Shown here in pieces: positions 1 to 11,975 of a stretch of 64,000 bases of DNA (its first letter is position 1; each line of letters starts with the position of its first letter). The translations under genes and the position numbers were made by a program. Under the pieces are notes generated by a model. It was given only the letters and a program-made list of their open reading frames with translations. It had not been told where the DNA came from and searched no databases. The stretch is from Hypanus sabinus (taxonomy: Eukaryota). The stretch lies in assembly GCF_030144855.1 (NCBI RefSeq), contig NC_082732.1:23870001-23934000 (forward strand). The letters are read 5' to 3'.

Positions 1-224
1 TTTCACTTGAGTTTAACATTCAAAACCCAATTCAATTTTCATAAACCAATACATTTAGACAATGCCAGGAGAATGTGACTTAATACATCATTTGAATTAA
101 GTTAGTTACCATCTTGGAAGTACAACCTTTGCTGTAAAATCCTGCAATATGGCAGCCAATTTGCTCAAAATCCCAAAAAATGAAAGATTAGGTATTGTTT
201 TCCTGACACTATGATATAGAAAAC

Positions 225-400
225 AAGAGAAAATATACAGATGGTGGAAATCCAGGCAACGCATACAAGGAGTACAGTCGACATTTCAGGCCGAACCCTT
301 CATCAAATCCTGCTGAAGGGTCTCGGCCTGAAACATCAACTGTATCCTTTTCCATAGATGCTGCCTGGCCTGCTGAGTTCCTCCAGTATTTTGAGTGGGT
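225..400. mobile_element. Fold-back (inverted) Penelope-like terminal-repeat fragment with two opposed, degenerate hammerhead cores
   Basis: Arms 273-305 and 311-344 are reverse complements. The + core reads CTGCTGA-AGGGTCTCGGCCT-GAAACATC and the - core reads TTGATGA-AGGGTTCGGCCT-GAAATGTC. The family tail TAGATGCTGCCTGGCCTGCTGAGTTCCTCCAG follows. Confidence 0.8.
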
Positions 401-489
401 AACTATGATATTAAAAATGGTTTGATATCTTCCTACTTTTATATGCAAACTAAGAACATCTCAAGTGGCAGTGCCTCAAGATGGCGGCA

Positions 490-715
490 CCCGCACTATC
501 TGGAACATGCCCTCTTCTTGTTACTGCCATTGGGCAAGAAGTACAGAAGCCTTAAGAACACAATGGTTTAAAATCAGTTCGTTCCCTTCTGCCATCAGAT
601 TTCCTTACCAGTCCACAAACACCACCTCATTTTTGTTTTCCACTATTTTTGTAATTTATAGTAATTTTGTCTTTACACAGTTACGCTGCTGCAAAACAAC
701 CAATTCCACATCATA
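490..715 (+). mobile_element. Rex1/Babar-type LINE 3' fragment, degraded
   Basis: Resembles the HPGHALFSLLPSGRRYRSL-coding end seen in the copies at 15.8-16.4 kb and 22.1-23.5 kb. Confidence 0.6.
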
Positions 716-717
716 AT

Positions 718-850
718 GCAAGAGATTCTGCAGATGCTGAAAACCTTGAAAAACACACACAAAATGCTGGAAGAATTTAGCAAGTCAGGCAGCAGCAATG
801 GAGGGAATTAAGCAGTTGATATTTCAAGCTGAGACCCTTCATTAGTCAGT
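718..850 (-). mobile_element. Penelope-like terminal-repeat fragment
   Basis: CTGCAGATGCTG...ACACACAAAATGCTGG...GAGACCCTTCATTAG, the same family as 9202-9335. Confidence 0.75.
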
Positions 851-2065
851 ATTAATAATTCTGAATCTGAGCCAACAGTTGATTAAGAAATCAATTAAAG
901 TCAAAAGGCACCTTTCTAAAAAAAGTGAACCAAGAGATGATTGAAACAAATTGTTTAAAAACTTAACACAGTTAAGTTTTTTTAAAACCTGCTGCAAAAT
1001 GATTTTGCATACCATAAAGATATTCCTGAAACTCCAGATAATTTAACTGTATTATTTTTAAATGAGACAAATGCTAAAAATATGAAAAAAGATTACAATA
1101 AATAGAGAATAAATTCTTGAAAGTTACAACCCTTCAAAATATACTTTCCCCAACCTTAAATGCAGGCACATTAAAGCATTCTAGAGGGATGTTCCAAATA
1201 TAATGCCATTTTCCTGAGGTTTACCATTTACGCTGAATAAACTGATTTGTTCTCTATCCACCTTATTTCTATGAAACAACTCCAGTTATTTTCTTGCCTG
1301 GATATTTGAAGCCTATTAGCTAATGTGTTATGTAATTAAGATCAAGTAACATTAAAGTATGACCAGCACCCAAAAACTAATATGGTGTTAATAATGTCAT
1401 TGAAACAATGATCATGTTAAGAGAAAAGGTAGATAAGATTTTTAAAAAGTTATCACCTACATACACCAAATTTACATCCACTTCTGCTTTCACAACTAAA
1501 ATGTTGCCTCCTAGCATTTCACCCACATAAGCAGATTCACCAATTATTTCAGCCTCCTACCAACAGGTTTACATACTGCTCAACACATGGACTCAACTAC
1601 ATCCATGTAGTAGCATTAAGTGGCAACATCAATCAGAATTGAAGAACTTTTTCCTTCCAGAAAATATAATATTAGAGTATGGGAATTGCTAGGCTAAAAG
1701 AAAACAGGGTCTATCCACTTTTACCCTCTCCCATCATAGTAGTCTATATTATACAAAAATTAAGGGCTTACTGACAAATCAAAAGACTTCAAAAGATCCA
1801 GGTAGGAGGTAAGAATATTGCTAATGATGTTAAGTTTAAAAAATTACAATACAAAGCAACTTGTTACACTATATTTATGTTTTCACTCCATTAAAATAGA
1901 ATGCAATAGAATACAAATTATGCTTGCGTAGCAGCCTTCAAAATAAAATAAAATCATTTTTGTATCAGACTTTTCCTGCTCTAAATGCAAGTTCATTTGG
2001 TTTAATATTAAATATTCTGCCATGGTTACCACACAAATATGGTAATCCCTTTAATAATCTATACA

Positions 2066-2632
2066 CCCTCTGCATCTACTACATCATTCTCCACAACTTC
2101 CTCCATCTTCAACAGAATCCAACATTAAAACTGAATAATCTTTGCCTCCGCGCCCCCACCGCAAACTCTCCCACTTTCTGCGGGGATTGCTCCCTCTGTG
2201 ATTCCCTTATACATTCATCCCTCCGCACATATCCTTGCAAGTGACAGAAGTGCTATACCTGCACATTCCCCTCCTCCCTCATCTCCATTCAGGGCCCAAG
2301 CAGTCCTTCCATGTGAGCCAATACTTCACCAGCAAAATCTGTTGCGGTCATCTACTATATCTGGTGCTCCCGATGTGGTCTCCTCTATTCTGGTGAAACC
2401 CGATGTAAATTAGGGGACTCCTTTGTCAAGCACCTCCTCTCCATCCACCAGAGGTAGAATTTCCCAATGGCCAACCATTTTAATTCCTATCCCATTCCTG
2501 TTCCGACACGTTGGGCAATGGCGTTCTCTTCTGCCACAATGAAGCCACTCTCAGGGTGGAGGACCAACACCTCATATTCCATCTGGGTAGCCTCCTACCT
2601 GATGGCATGAATATCGATTTCTCCCTCTGGTA
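2066..2632 (+). mobile_element. Penelope-like element, decayed GIY-YIG endonuclease region
   Basis: Manual translation gives VIYYIWCSRCGLLYSGETRCKLGDSFVKHL...HFNS...EDQHLIFHLGSLLPDGMNIDFS, with stops and frameshifts. Confidence 0.85.
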
Positions 2633-5319
2633 ATTCTAATTCCCGTTCCCTTACGCAACTCACAATTCCACCCTTACTTTGGAAACACCATCAGAAATGC
2701 AAGGAATAACACAGTAGAATCTGCTTGTTGTCATTCCTCTGCAATGATGGATTCTAAAACAAAAGTTTGCAGAGCAACAAGAAGTAGATGCTTAAACCTT
2801 AGATAGTTATCTATAGTAATTTGCTACCCTGGGACAGAACTAAACAGCATCCTGGTTGTATCAAGTTCAAAGTAAATGATTAGTCAATAATTTTTGTTAT
2901 GAAATTTACTTAGAATGTTTTTATACATGTCAGAAGAGATACAATTACAAAATTTTCCAAAACTACCTTGAATGCTTCTTTTGTCACAATTGTCAAAAGA
3001 AAAAAAAGCTGTAAGTATCGATACCCCTTTAATTGCAAAGACTATCCAAGCAAATAATGAAAAGCAGCAGGGAATCTAGAAGTTCGAACTGTAACCAGCA
3101 AAGCACAAGGTGAAATAAGTTCAGTCATTTTTCTTGATCGGAGTGGTTATTTATAATACATAACAAGTAATCGTATAAGTCAATCTCTACATGCCTTGAT
3201 AAAAATAAAGGCAGGTAACTGAGAATGTTATTTTAGAGATAGTGGTGCCCTTATAGGAATAGTATACTGCAGAAATTACATTAAACCCTTACTCTTAACA
3301 CTAAGAAATGGCCATCAAATCATTCTCCCCTTCCTCCTCTCAAACAAGTATTTTTCTTGATTTCAGAACAAGATCATACAAGTAAAAGGGAACATTAAGT
3401 GTTACTCAACTTAACAATTAGCTAGTGGAAGCAAAGCAAACAAAGGAGTAATCCTGAACACACCAAAAGCAAGCCTTTCCTTCAGTATTATAAGAAAGCA
3501 TACATTTTCAAGGGGACAGCTAAAAAAATTTAAAAACATACAAGAATTAATACATTTATCATGTCCTCCATCTACAGGTGGTCTCAACCTCAATCTCAAA
3601 TGCACTATCTTTAGAACCGCCAGAAAGTAACAAGATACAGCAGCAATGTATGTGGGCAACCATTGCCACCAATCAATTTACCTCATCAATATAGGCCAGG
3701 CTGACAATTCACAGGCTAAGTCCAGGAAAAACTCTGCAAGTAGATCATCTGCATGGAATTATGGGAGTAAGTGGCATACAAAAATTGAGGAGCATTTCAT
3801 TTTCTAGTGGAAGCCCTTTACTTAGTGAAAATGTGCAAGGCTGACTCACCTCATCTTCAAAATTACATATCACATCAAAAATAAGCTAAAGTAATTGAGC
3901 AAAGGAAAAATTGAGACTTAAATGTATTCTTAAACAAAATACATCGAATTTAAAAACATATGAAATACTCAAGCTTAGCATTAGTCATGTAACTACAGTA
4001 TGTCAGTACTCCTGCCTCACATAAATATGGAGACAAATCCCCATTTCAGGCATATCATCTAGACAGATACTAAACTATTACACAGTACCATACCTATTGT
4101 AAGCACAATATTGTCGACAAAATTAAATTAAATCATGGCTCTGAATGTTCAAGTGAATGCAAGAAACTATGATACATTTTGTTTGGAGGATGAGTGGGGA
4201 ATTTAGGAATGGATCTTAGCTAATTATCCCTCATTGCTCTGCACATTGTGTTTGCTGGGCTCCCTGAATAACAACTGACCAGGCTTCAAGACTAATCAGG
4301 ATGTCACAAGCATATTAATACTCTTTACCCCTCCCCCACCCTCTAATTTGTTCATTTAAGTCTGAAATAAATGTAACCTCTTTGGTTTTGTACGGCAAAT
4401 ACAGGTACCTGGGCAAATGAATGAAGAGGCTTAACTGGTTAAGTAGGTTTAGGCAAGGGATGTTAGAATATTAATGTTTTACAAACTGGAAGCAAGCCCG
4501 TGTAAAGAATAGAACTAGGAAATCCAAAATTGGAGGACAACAGGCATCATACCAGATTCCATTGCACAAGGAAGAAGTTGGACACAAACTCGAGTGTTTA
4601 ACACTATTACATTTGTAGAGGGTACAATAAGGAGAACTATCAGATGAGTAATGGAACAGTCACGCCTTTGGATAATAATCCAGTTGACAGTGGAAATTCA
4701 GGTCTAGACAGGTAATCTTAACAAAAACAGAGCTATGTCGCCCCAAGTTGTTCAGAAGTGTTAAATATGACAGCAAGTTTGCAAATAGTCTGATTCTGCT
4801 CCAGATAGTTTCCAAGAAAAAAAAGGATCAAGTGGATGGGTAGTTTGTGAAAAACACCAATGACAAAGCCTTCGATGGGTAGTTTGTGAAAGACCAATGA
4901 TAAAGCCGTCAATCTTCCCCATATTCAACATAAGGAAATTTCTGCTCATCCAATATTGGATGTTGAATAAACTGTTCTGTCATTGTAGGGTTAAAAGTTG
5001 TGATTGTGAAGTGTTGTCATCATACAAATGGAAAATGATCCTGTGTTTTTATATGAAGGAATCAAGAACAGATCTTTTGGAGACACTAAACAGCCAAAAA
5101 CAAAAAAAACCACTACAGGTGAATTTCTCAGCACAACTTGAAAAAGGGGAATAGAACAAGACACAGATGATTCCTTTTACCTTGACAAATATGGAGAAGA
5201 AATGGAATAAAATGTTGCTAATTAGGTCAAAGGATATAAACAAATTCAGAAAGAAAAGGAGGGACAGACTTCTTTTCCATTGATAAATTTGACAACTACA
5301 GAGGCAAAATATTTGGAGT

Positions 5320-5740
5320 GATTCCTTTGTTAAAATTGTCCAGAGTATTGGTGAACAATACTGTGTGTAGTTTTGGTTTCCCTTAACCAGGAAGATATAC
5401 TAGCACAGAAGTTGGTCCAAAGGAGATTTGCCAGTCTAATTCCTGAGATGAGTAAAATGTTCAACTAACAGGCAAAACAGTTTTAATCTAAATTCATTAA
5501 CACTCAGAAGAATGAGGAAAGAACCAATTGAAATACATAGAAGTCAAGCGTTTTCAAGAATGGGAGAGTCTTGAATGAAAGAACAAAGTTACAATATAAT
5601 GAGCAATCATTGAAAACTGTGCCACACAGTAATTCACTACTCCCACAGCGTAGTGAATCTTTGGAATTCCCTGCCACAGTATTTATGAAGGCAAACTCAC
5701 TGGAAATGTTTAAAATGGAGTAGATACTTAACTGCATTTG
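5320..5740 (+). mobile_element. CR1 LINE 3' fragment, old
   Basis: Decayed YCVQFWSP...RRMRGDLIETYK-like region of CR1 ORF2. Confidence 0.55.
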
Positions 5741-6337
5741 CAAAAACAGGAACTAAAAGGAAATGTTGGGGTAGTCAGCAGTTTAGTAGGACTAAATAGG
5801 CAGAGGACCACTTAAGCTAACTGTGTTTGGAAAATGACAACTAAGAGATTGAAGAGTCATTTAAAGGGTGGAAGTCTGAGAACAGGGGAAAACCTTACAA
5901 GAGATTTGGCCCATGGACTTGAGAAAAGATCAAAGAAGCAGAGGCAACTGATTAGATAGTTGCACATAATAACAAGGCTCCACACTGTTGGTTTTTGTCC
6001 AGAGTTATGCAGCATAAATGCAGGCCCATTGGCCCAACTTGGCCACGCTGACATGAAAAAGAAACCAGAAAAGAGCTACTTGAAGCAGTTTTCAATTGAG
6101 AAAGATAGTCTAGCATTATCTTTCAATCCTAGGATAATCAAGGAGCAGCTTGTAGCTTTGGTAAATGAGAACACAATCCATAGAAGAACGGGATGGTGGC
6201 AACTTTGACTTCATCTTGGATGAAAAGCAATTTTCTGGTATTCAAATACCAAAGAAAAACATTGTTATTTCAAGAGCTACCTGGAGTTTCAATTCGATTC
6301 CATAAAAGTTGCAAACTAACCTTAGTGTTTAATTGGC

Positions 6338-6476
6338 AACACGAGTGAATCTGCAGATGCTGGAAATAAATAAAAAACACAAAATACTGGCAGAACTGAG
6401 CAGGCCAGACAGCATCTATGGGAGGAGTTTATAACGGCGTTTCGGGCCGAAACCCTTCATCAGGAGTGAAGTAACT
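6338..6476 (-). mobile_element. Penelope-like terminal repeat with hammerhead-like core (cleavage triplet GCC, probably inactive)
   Basis: The - strand at 6436-6463 reads CTGATGA-A-GGGT-TTCG-GCCC-GAAAC-GCC. Confidence 0.8.
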
Positions 6477-6959
6477 TCATGGGTTTAGTGTTTAATTATC
6501 ATTTTATTAAGCACTCAAATCTTCACCCCTCCCGTTTGACAACCATGGGAATCCATACAATTACCCTGCAAGTATCCAAAACAGCACTCATCCTTTGCAG
6601 AGTTACATTTCTAGATGACACAATGAGAAGATCTGAGATCACAATAAGCTGACATCAGAAAAATAATATAACTGCCTTTAGTGAGTGCCTAGAAAACACT
6701 GAGGTCACAGTTGAAACAGTAATTCACACCTTCAACAAAATTTGATTTTTGAGCAGACCAGCAAAACTAAAGTGTGACACACACACAGGTTATGACAGTC
6801 TCAGGAACTAAAGCAGTCACCCATAGCTCTCATCCCCCAGTCAGATGGTGTGAATGAGGAACAGTTTTTGGCAGGAAGTTTGCCTCTACTTTTAGAGGGA
6901 GGATCAATGTAGAAGGAGGATACTTTACCACACTCCTACCACATTTAGGAGCTCTTAAG

Positions 6960-7097
6960 GGTGGGGGGAGCACGCTCAGGGGCCGTCACCTTAAGAGAAG
7001 GGGCGGGGGTGAGGGAGATGCTACGATGGTGGCGGCGTGAAGGGGCGGAGAGGACAGCCCGGGCCGGGCGACTCTTCCTTTCCACCGTTTCCGCTCT

Positions 7098-7128
<31 letters not shown>

Positions 7129-7410
7129 CGAGCACTGCTCCCCCGGCTCGCCGTTCCCCGGGCCGGGCAGTCAGAGGGCTCCGCTTGCTTCCGGAGAGCG
7201 GGCACGGCGCCGCGCCACACCGGTACTCACCATGGCGACGGTTGGCGGTGATTCGGCAGAAGCGGCGGCGGCGACTGTCTCGCGGACGGTTCCTTCCTCG
7301 GGCCCGAGTGATCATCCGGGTCACGCAGGCAACCCGGCGCTTAACCAATCAGCGCCCGAATCTCCAGCTTGCCCAAGTATGGTCCTTGCAATGCGGAAGT
7401 GGCGGTTCAG
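6960..7410. promoter_or_regulatory. CpG-island promoter of the - strand gene (CAPZB), with CCAAT box (about 7345), ETS site CGGAAGTG (7394-7401) and GC boxes
   Basis: Abrupt GC- and CpG-rich segment in an AT-rich, CpG-depleted background. Motifs were read directly. Confidence 0.8.
7231..7233 (-). CDS. CAPZB: First coding exon (ATG only) of F-actin capping protein subunit beta; 5'UTR extends to about 7300 and the rest of the gene lies left of the window
   Basis: The - strand reads CCGCCAACCGTCGCC-ATG|GTGAGTACC, a strong Kozak context followed at once by a consensus donor inside a CpG island. Vertebrate CAPZB has an ATG-only first coding exon and lies divergent to MICOS10. Identity rests on structure plus synteny. 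Confidence 0.7.
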
Positions 7411-9201
7411 TGAATACACACTCCCTGCTGCAGTGTAAATATGCTCCCTGCTTCTATATTGTAACAGATGGACACACCTAGCAGTCTAAAGTAGTTCCCT
7501 TTAATACAGCAAATGCACAAATTATCAATACAATTTCGATTATTCATTCTCTGTTGCACTCTGTAAATTCCTCTTTTAATGTAAGGTTACCCCCAATCAT
7601 ACTGTAAAGATGCTATAAAACTGAATTTTCTCTCTAACATTGTAAACATACTCCCTGTTACATTATAAATAAGCTTCATATTAGACGAAGCATAATCCTT
7701 ATTACTTTCTACACAAACTATAGCATTGTGAGGGTGTACACAAGTTCTTGACATGAGAAAACTACATATGACACTGAACCGACTATGATACAGTACACAA
7801 TCTCCTTTACAATATATCTTACCGTTGTTCACTCATATTTCTTTTCCTTAGGCAATCCTTTAGCATCGAAGATGACCTGATCCCACTCCACTTTAATGGG
7901 TTCCAAGGCAGTTAAGGAGGCCATTGTGGGAATTTAGCTACATCTGGGCTAGATAATGGTTGCTGAAGCATGTAGGTGGATAGTTTGTGAGGTGGTGTGC
8001 ACCTTTTACCACTTACACAAAACTTCTGTGTGCTCCTGAATGGGGTTAAGGTTCTCAATATCATGCCAAGTTTTCCTTCTCCACCTTGATGTGATTCCCA
8101 GGGGTTATTAAGGATGTTTCATTTCTCAAAGGAGGCTTTGTTCACATCCTTGGATCTTTTCCTTCATCTGACAGATCTTTGAACATATTGTCTGTTTCAG
8201 GAGTCTGGTATCAGACATGCAAATGACTGGATCTACACAATTTTGCTGACTGAGCACAACCAGGCTTCAATGCAGGGAATGTTAGAGCATAAGATGTAGG
8301 AGCAGCATTAGGCCATTTAGCCCATTAAATCTTCTCCATCAATCAATCATAGCTCAAACCCATTCTCCTGCCTTCTCCCCGTAACATTTGATGCCCTGCC
8401 TTAACAAGAATCTATCAACCTCCACTTTAAATAAACCCAATGACTTAGCCTCCACAGCCATCAGTGGCAATTCACCATCCCCTAGCTAATGATGTTCTTC
8501 CTCATCATTTTTCTAAAGAGATGTCCTTCTATTCTGAGGCTGTGCACTCTAGTCTCTGAATCTCCTACTATTATCCTCTCAACATTCACTCTATCTTGGC
8601 CTTTCAATATCCAATGGGTTTCAATTAGATCCACCCATCATGATTCTAAACTCCAGGGAGTACAGAGCCAACAAATGCTCATCATACATTAACCCTTTCA
8701 TTCCTGAGATCATTCTTGCAAGCCTCCTCTGGACCCTCTGCAATGCCAGCACATCCTTTCTTAGATAAGGGGCTCAAAACTGCTCACACAACTTCAAATA
8801 TAGTCTGACCAATGCCTTATAAAGCCTCAACATTGCATCCTTGTTTTTATATTCTACTCCTCTCAAAATGAATGCTAACATTGCATTTTCTTTCCTTACC
8901 ACCGACTCAACCTGCAAGTTAACCTTTAGGGAATCCTGCACTTGGACTCCCAAGTACATTTGTACCTCCAATTTCTGAATTTTCTCTTCATTTAGAAAAT
9001 AGTCTACACTTTTATTTCTTCTACCAATGTGCATGACCATAGTCTTCCCTACATTATATCCCATCTGCCACTTCTTTGTTCATTCTCCTAATCTGTCCAA
9101 GTCCTTCTGCGGATTTCCCTGCTTCCTTAACATTGCCTGCCCCTCCACTTTTCTTTTATCATCTGCAAACCTGGCCCCAAAGTCATCAATTCCATCATCC
9201 A

Positions 9202-9947
9202 CGATGAAATCTGCAGATGCTGGAAATTCAAGCAACACACACAAAATGCTGGTGGAACACAGCAGGCCAGGCAGCATCTATAGGAAGAAGCACTGTCGAC
9301 GTTTCGGGCCGAGACCCTTCGTCAGGACTAACTGAAAGAAAAGATAGTGAGAGATTTGAAAGTAGGAGGGGGAGGGGGAAATGCAAAATGATAGGAGAAG
9401 ACCAGAGGGGGTGGGGTGAAGCTAAGAGTTGGAAAGGTGATTGGCAAAATGGATACAGAGCTGGAGAAGGGAAAGGATCATGGGACTGGAGGCCTAGGGA
9501 GAAAGAAAGCGGGAGGGGAGCTCCAGGGGGAGATGGAGAACAGGCAAAGAGTGATGGGCAGAGAGAGAACAAAAAGGGGAGGGGAAAAATAAATAAATCA
9601 GGGATGGGGTAAGAAGGGGAGGAGGGGCATTAATGGAACTTAGAGAAGTCAATGTTCATGCCATCAGGTTAGATGCTACCCAGACGGTATATAAGGTGTT
9701 GTTTCTCCAACCAAAGTGTGGCTTCATCTTGACAGTAGAGGAGGCCATGGATAGACATATCAGAATGGGAATGGGACGTGGAATTAAAATGTGTGGTGAT
9801 TGGGAGATTCTGCTTTCTCTGGCGGACAGAGCATAGGTGTTCAGCGAAATGGTCTCCCAGTCTGCGTCAGGTCTCACCAATATATAAAAGGCCGCACTGG
9901 GAACACCAGACACAGTATACCACACCAGCCGACTCACAGGTGAAGTG
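9202..9947 (-). mobile_element. 5'-truncated Penelope-like element (GIY-YIG C-terminus plus terminal repeat with hammerhead) with 11-bp TSD
   Basis: The - strand at 9630-9947 translates HFTCESAGVVYCVWCSQCGLLYIGET*RRLGDHFAEHL...DGMNIDFS. TCCATCATCCA is duplicated at 9191-9201 and 9948-9958. Confidence 0.9.
9295..9328 (-). ncRNA. Minimal type I hammerhead ribozyme motif (intact core)
   Basis: The - strand reads GTC-CTGACGA-A-GGGT-CTCG-GCCC-GAAA-C-GTC|GAC. All core residues are present, with a 4-bp stem II, palindromic ACGT stem III and 3-bp stem I (GTC/GAC). Confidence 0.7.
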
Positions 9948-11814
9948 TCCATCATCCAGATCATTGACATATGATGTAAAAAGAATGCGTCCCAAAACCA
10001 ACCTCTTTCTCTTTATCAAACAAAGGCAGTGTGTTGGCACTGATGGTGAATTTCATTATTGATGTCTACCTTAAGCAAGAGGTGACTCCTTGGATATCCA
10101 GGGTTGCCTGCAATTTCCAGGACCTTTCAGGTTGAAGGGCAGTATTGTGTGCAGGGGCTGGTTGTCTGAGAGCAAGGCTTACCCGTATTCTTTGCCCCCC
10201 CCACCCCCCCAGTCTCAGTTTGAGGTCTTTCATGTCACGGACTCTAATTAGTACATGTGCAATCCCCATATGAGACACATTCTGTTCACTTACCTACCTT
10301 AATATCCCCCTTACAAATCATCTTCCGCTAGAGTATATCAACAACAAATTTGAACGCATTCCATTCTGATTGTACATCCAAGTATGGTACGTAATGTAGA
10401 TCATAATTCTTAAGAATCCAATAATAATCCTTATGGCATCCCACCAGTAATAACTCACCAACCTGATATTGAACTGTTTATTCAATTCTCTAGTTTTAAT
10501 ATATTATTAACAATCCTGTGAGCTTCTGTGCTATGTAACAACCATTTCTGTGATATCCTATCAAGTTTTTCAAGAATCGAGGTGTATATTGCTTGCATCA
10601 TACACCAGGATGCTCTATTCAGTTACCTAATGCGTCAACCATAGCCTCTGGCCAGGAACAGATGTCTTAGTGCCCAACCTTCCTAGAGTGTTTCAACCCT
10701 TGACCACTACTCTCTCCAGTTTGCAGGTCAGCAGTAATGGCCAAGTCACTGCCCACCTTCTCCTGACTTCCAGCTCAACTCCTCTCACCTGCTCCATATC
10801 CAGTAAGAGGCTCTTTCTGCTTCCTCCCCCATCCTGCGAGATGCTCGGTTCTTGCTCTTTTCATCAAGGCCCAGTGCAGAGAGCAACCTCCATGCTGACC
10901 TTGCCGGGAAACCTCAACAGCCGACCTCCACGAGGAATAGTCACATCTGATCTAATCAGCAGAATTAGATTTATAAAGCACTATTCCCCTTTTATAAGAC
11001 TCTGCCTAATCATGATTTTTTTATGTGGGCACTTTCTACAACTTTAATAAACTTTAATGTGAGGTTAACTGCAATTCACTACTTTCTCTCTCCTTCCTTT
11101 CTTTAACAAAATGTCAGAATTCTTTATCTTCCACTCTACTGGAACTTCTCCAAAGTCCAAATATTTTAAAAAGATCATGAGTAATGCATCCACTATCTTA
11201 CTAGCTACCTACACTATTTTACAACAGTAGAATGCAAGTCACAAGGCACTAAAGGTCAGTAACTTCAGTAGCTGGTGATTGAGTTGACTACTCTTTCACC
11301 TCTGCCTTTGACATCTGCTTTCAAAAACATTTACTTTCTCATTCCTGTTGCTTCATTTGCAATGGCCCCATCTTTGATCTCTCAAATCCGAGGGACAAAG
11401 GTAGCATTTCTGGTACACACATGACTTTGTCATCCAGCATTACTTAAACCACATTAAGCAATATTGATCTTTCTCTCCTCTGCCTATAAATCCAAATCAG
11501 CTTCCAGTTCCTTTCTTCATACCACTATCTTCTCAAACCTTACTCCTCCATCTCATGTTCCTTCATCTCTAACAAATTACAAAGAGCTTATGCATTTTTC
11601 TTGCAAAAATTCAGATGAAATTTTATGTGTCTTTACCGCTCTACCCACTATATTGAATCAATCTGTGATACTAATTCCAGTCTAATCGTGAATCAGTACC
11701 TCATCTCTCTTACTACTTCAATTTTTCTAGCTTGTTCACAGATTCTTGCCTAGCAAACCCTGAAGCTGCAGCTCTTCATTCAAGAAGGATGAGCCAATCA
11801 GTTAGACTAAACGT

Positions 11815-11975
11815 TAAGACCATAAGATATAGGAGCAGAATTGGACCATTTGCCCCATTGGTGGTCTGCTCTGCCATTTCATTATGGCTGATCCATTTCC
11901 CTCTCAGCCCCAAGTTCCTGTATCTCGTCATGCCCTGACCAATCAAGAATATAAGTCCATAAGATATAGAAGCAG
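11815..11975 (-). mobile_element. CR1 3'-tail fragments
   Basis: ACCATAAGATATAGGAGCAGAATT... is the same tail as at 8286 and 56185. Confidence 0.65.

Larger units (their letters stand above)
8286..10005 (-). mobile_element. CR1 LINE 3' part (RT C-terminal region), interrupted by a Penelope-like insertion
   Basis: ORFs 8774-9064 (MHIGRRNK...LYKALVR) and 9080-9277 (RFADD-like motif). CR1 sequence resumes at about 9959. Confidence 0.9.

Noticed and set aside
4835-4910. Tandem duplication of about 38 bp
   Set aside because: Only two units in decayed sequence, consistent with ordinary slippage.
7313-7315. Out-of-frame upstream ATG on the - strand (possible uORF over the CAPZB start)
   Set aside because: It may lie upstream of the transcription start, which cannot be placed from sequence alone.
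6945-7481. Five overlapping ORFs in the CAPZB CpG island
   Set aside because: These are expected from stop-poor GC-rich DNA and have no recognisable protein motifs.
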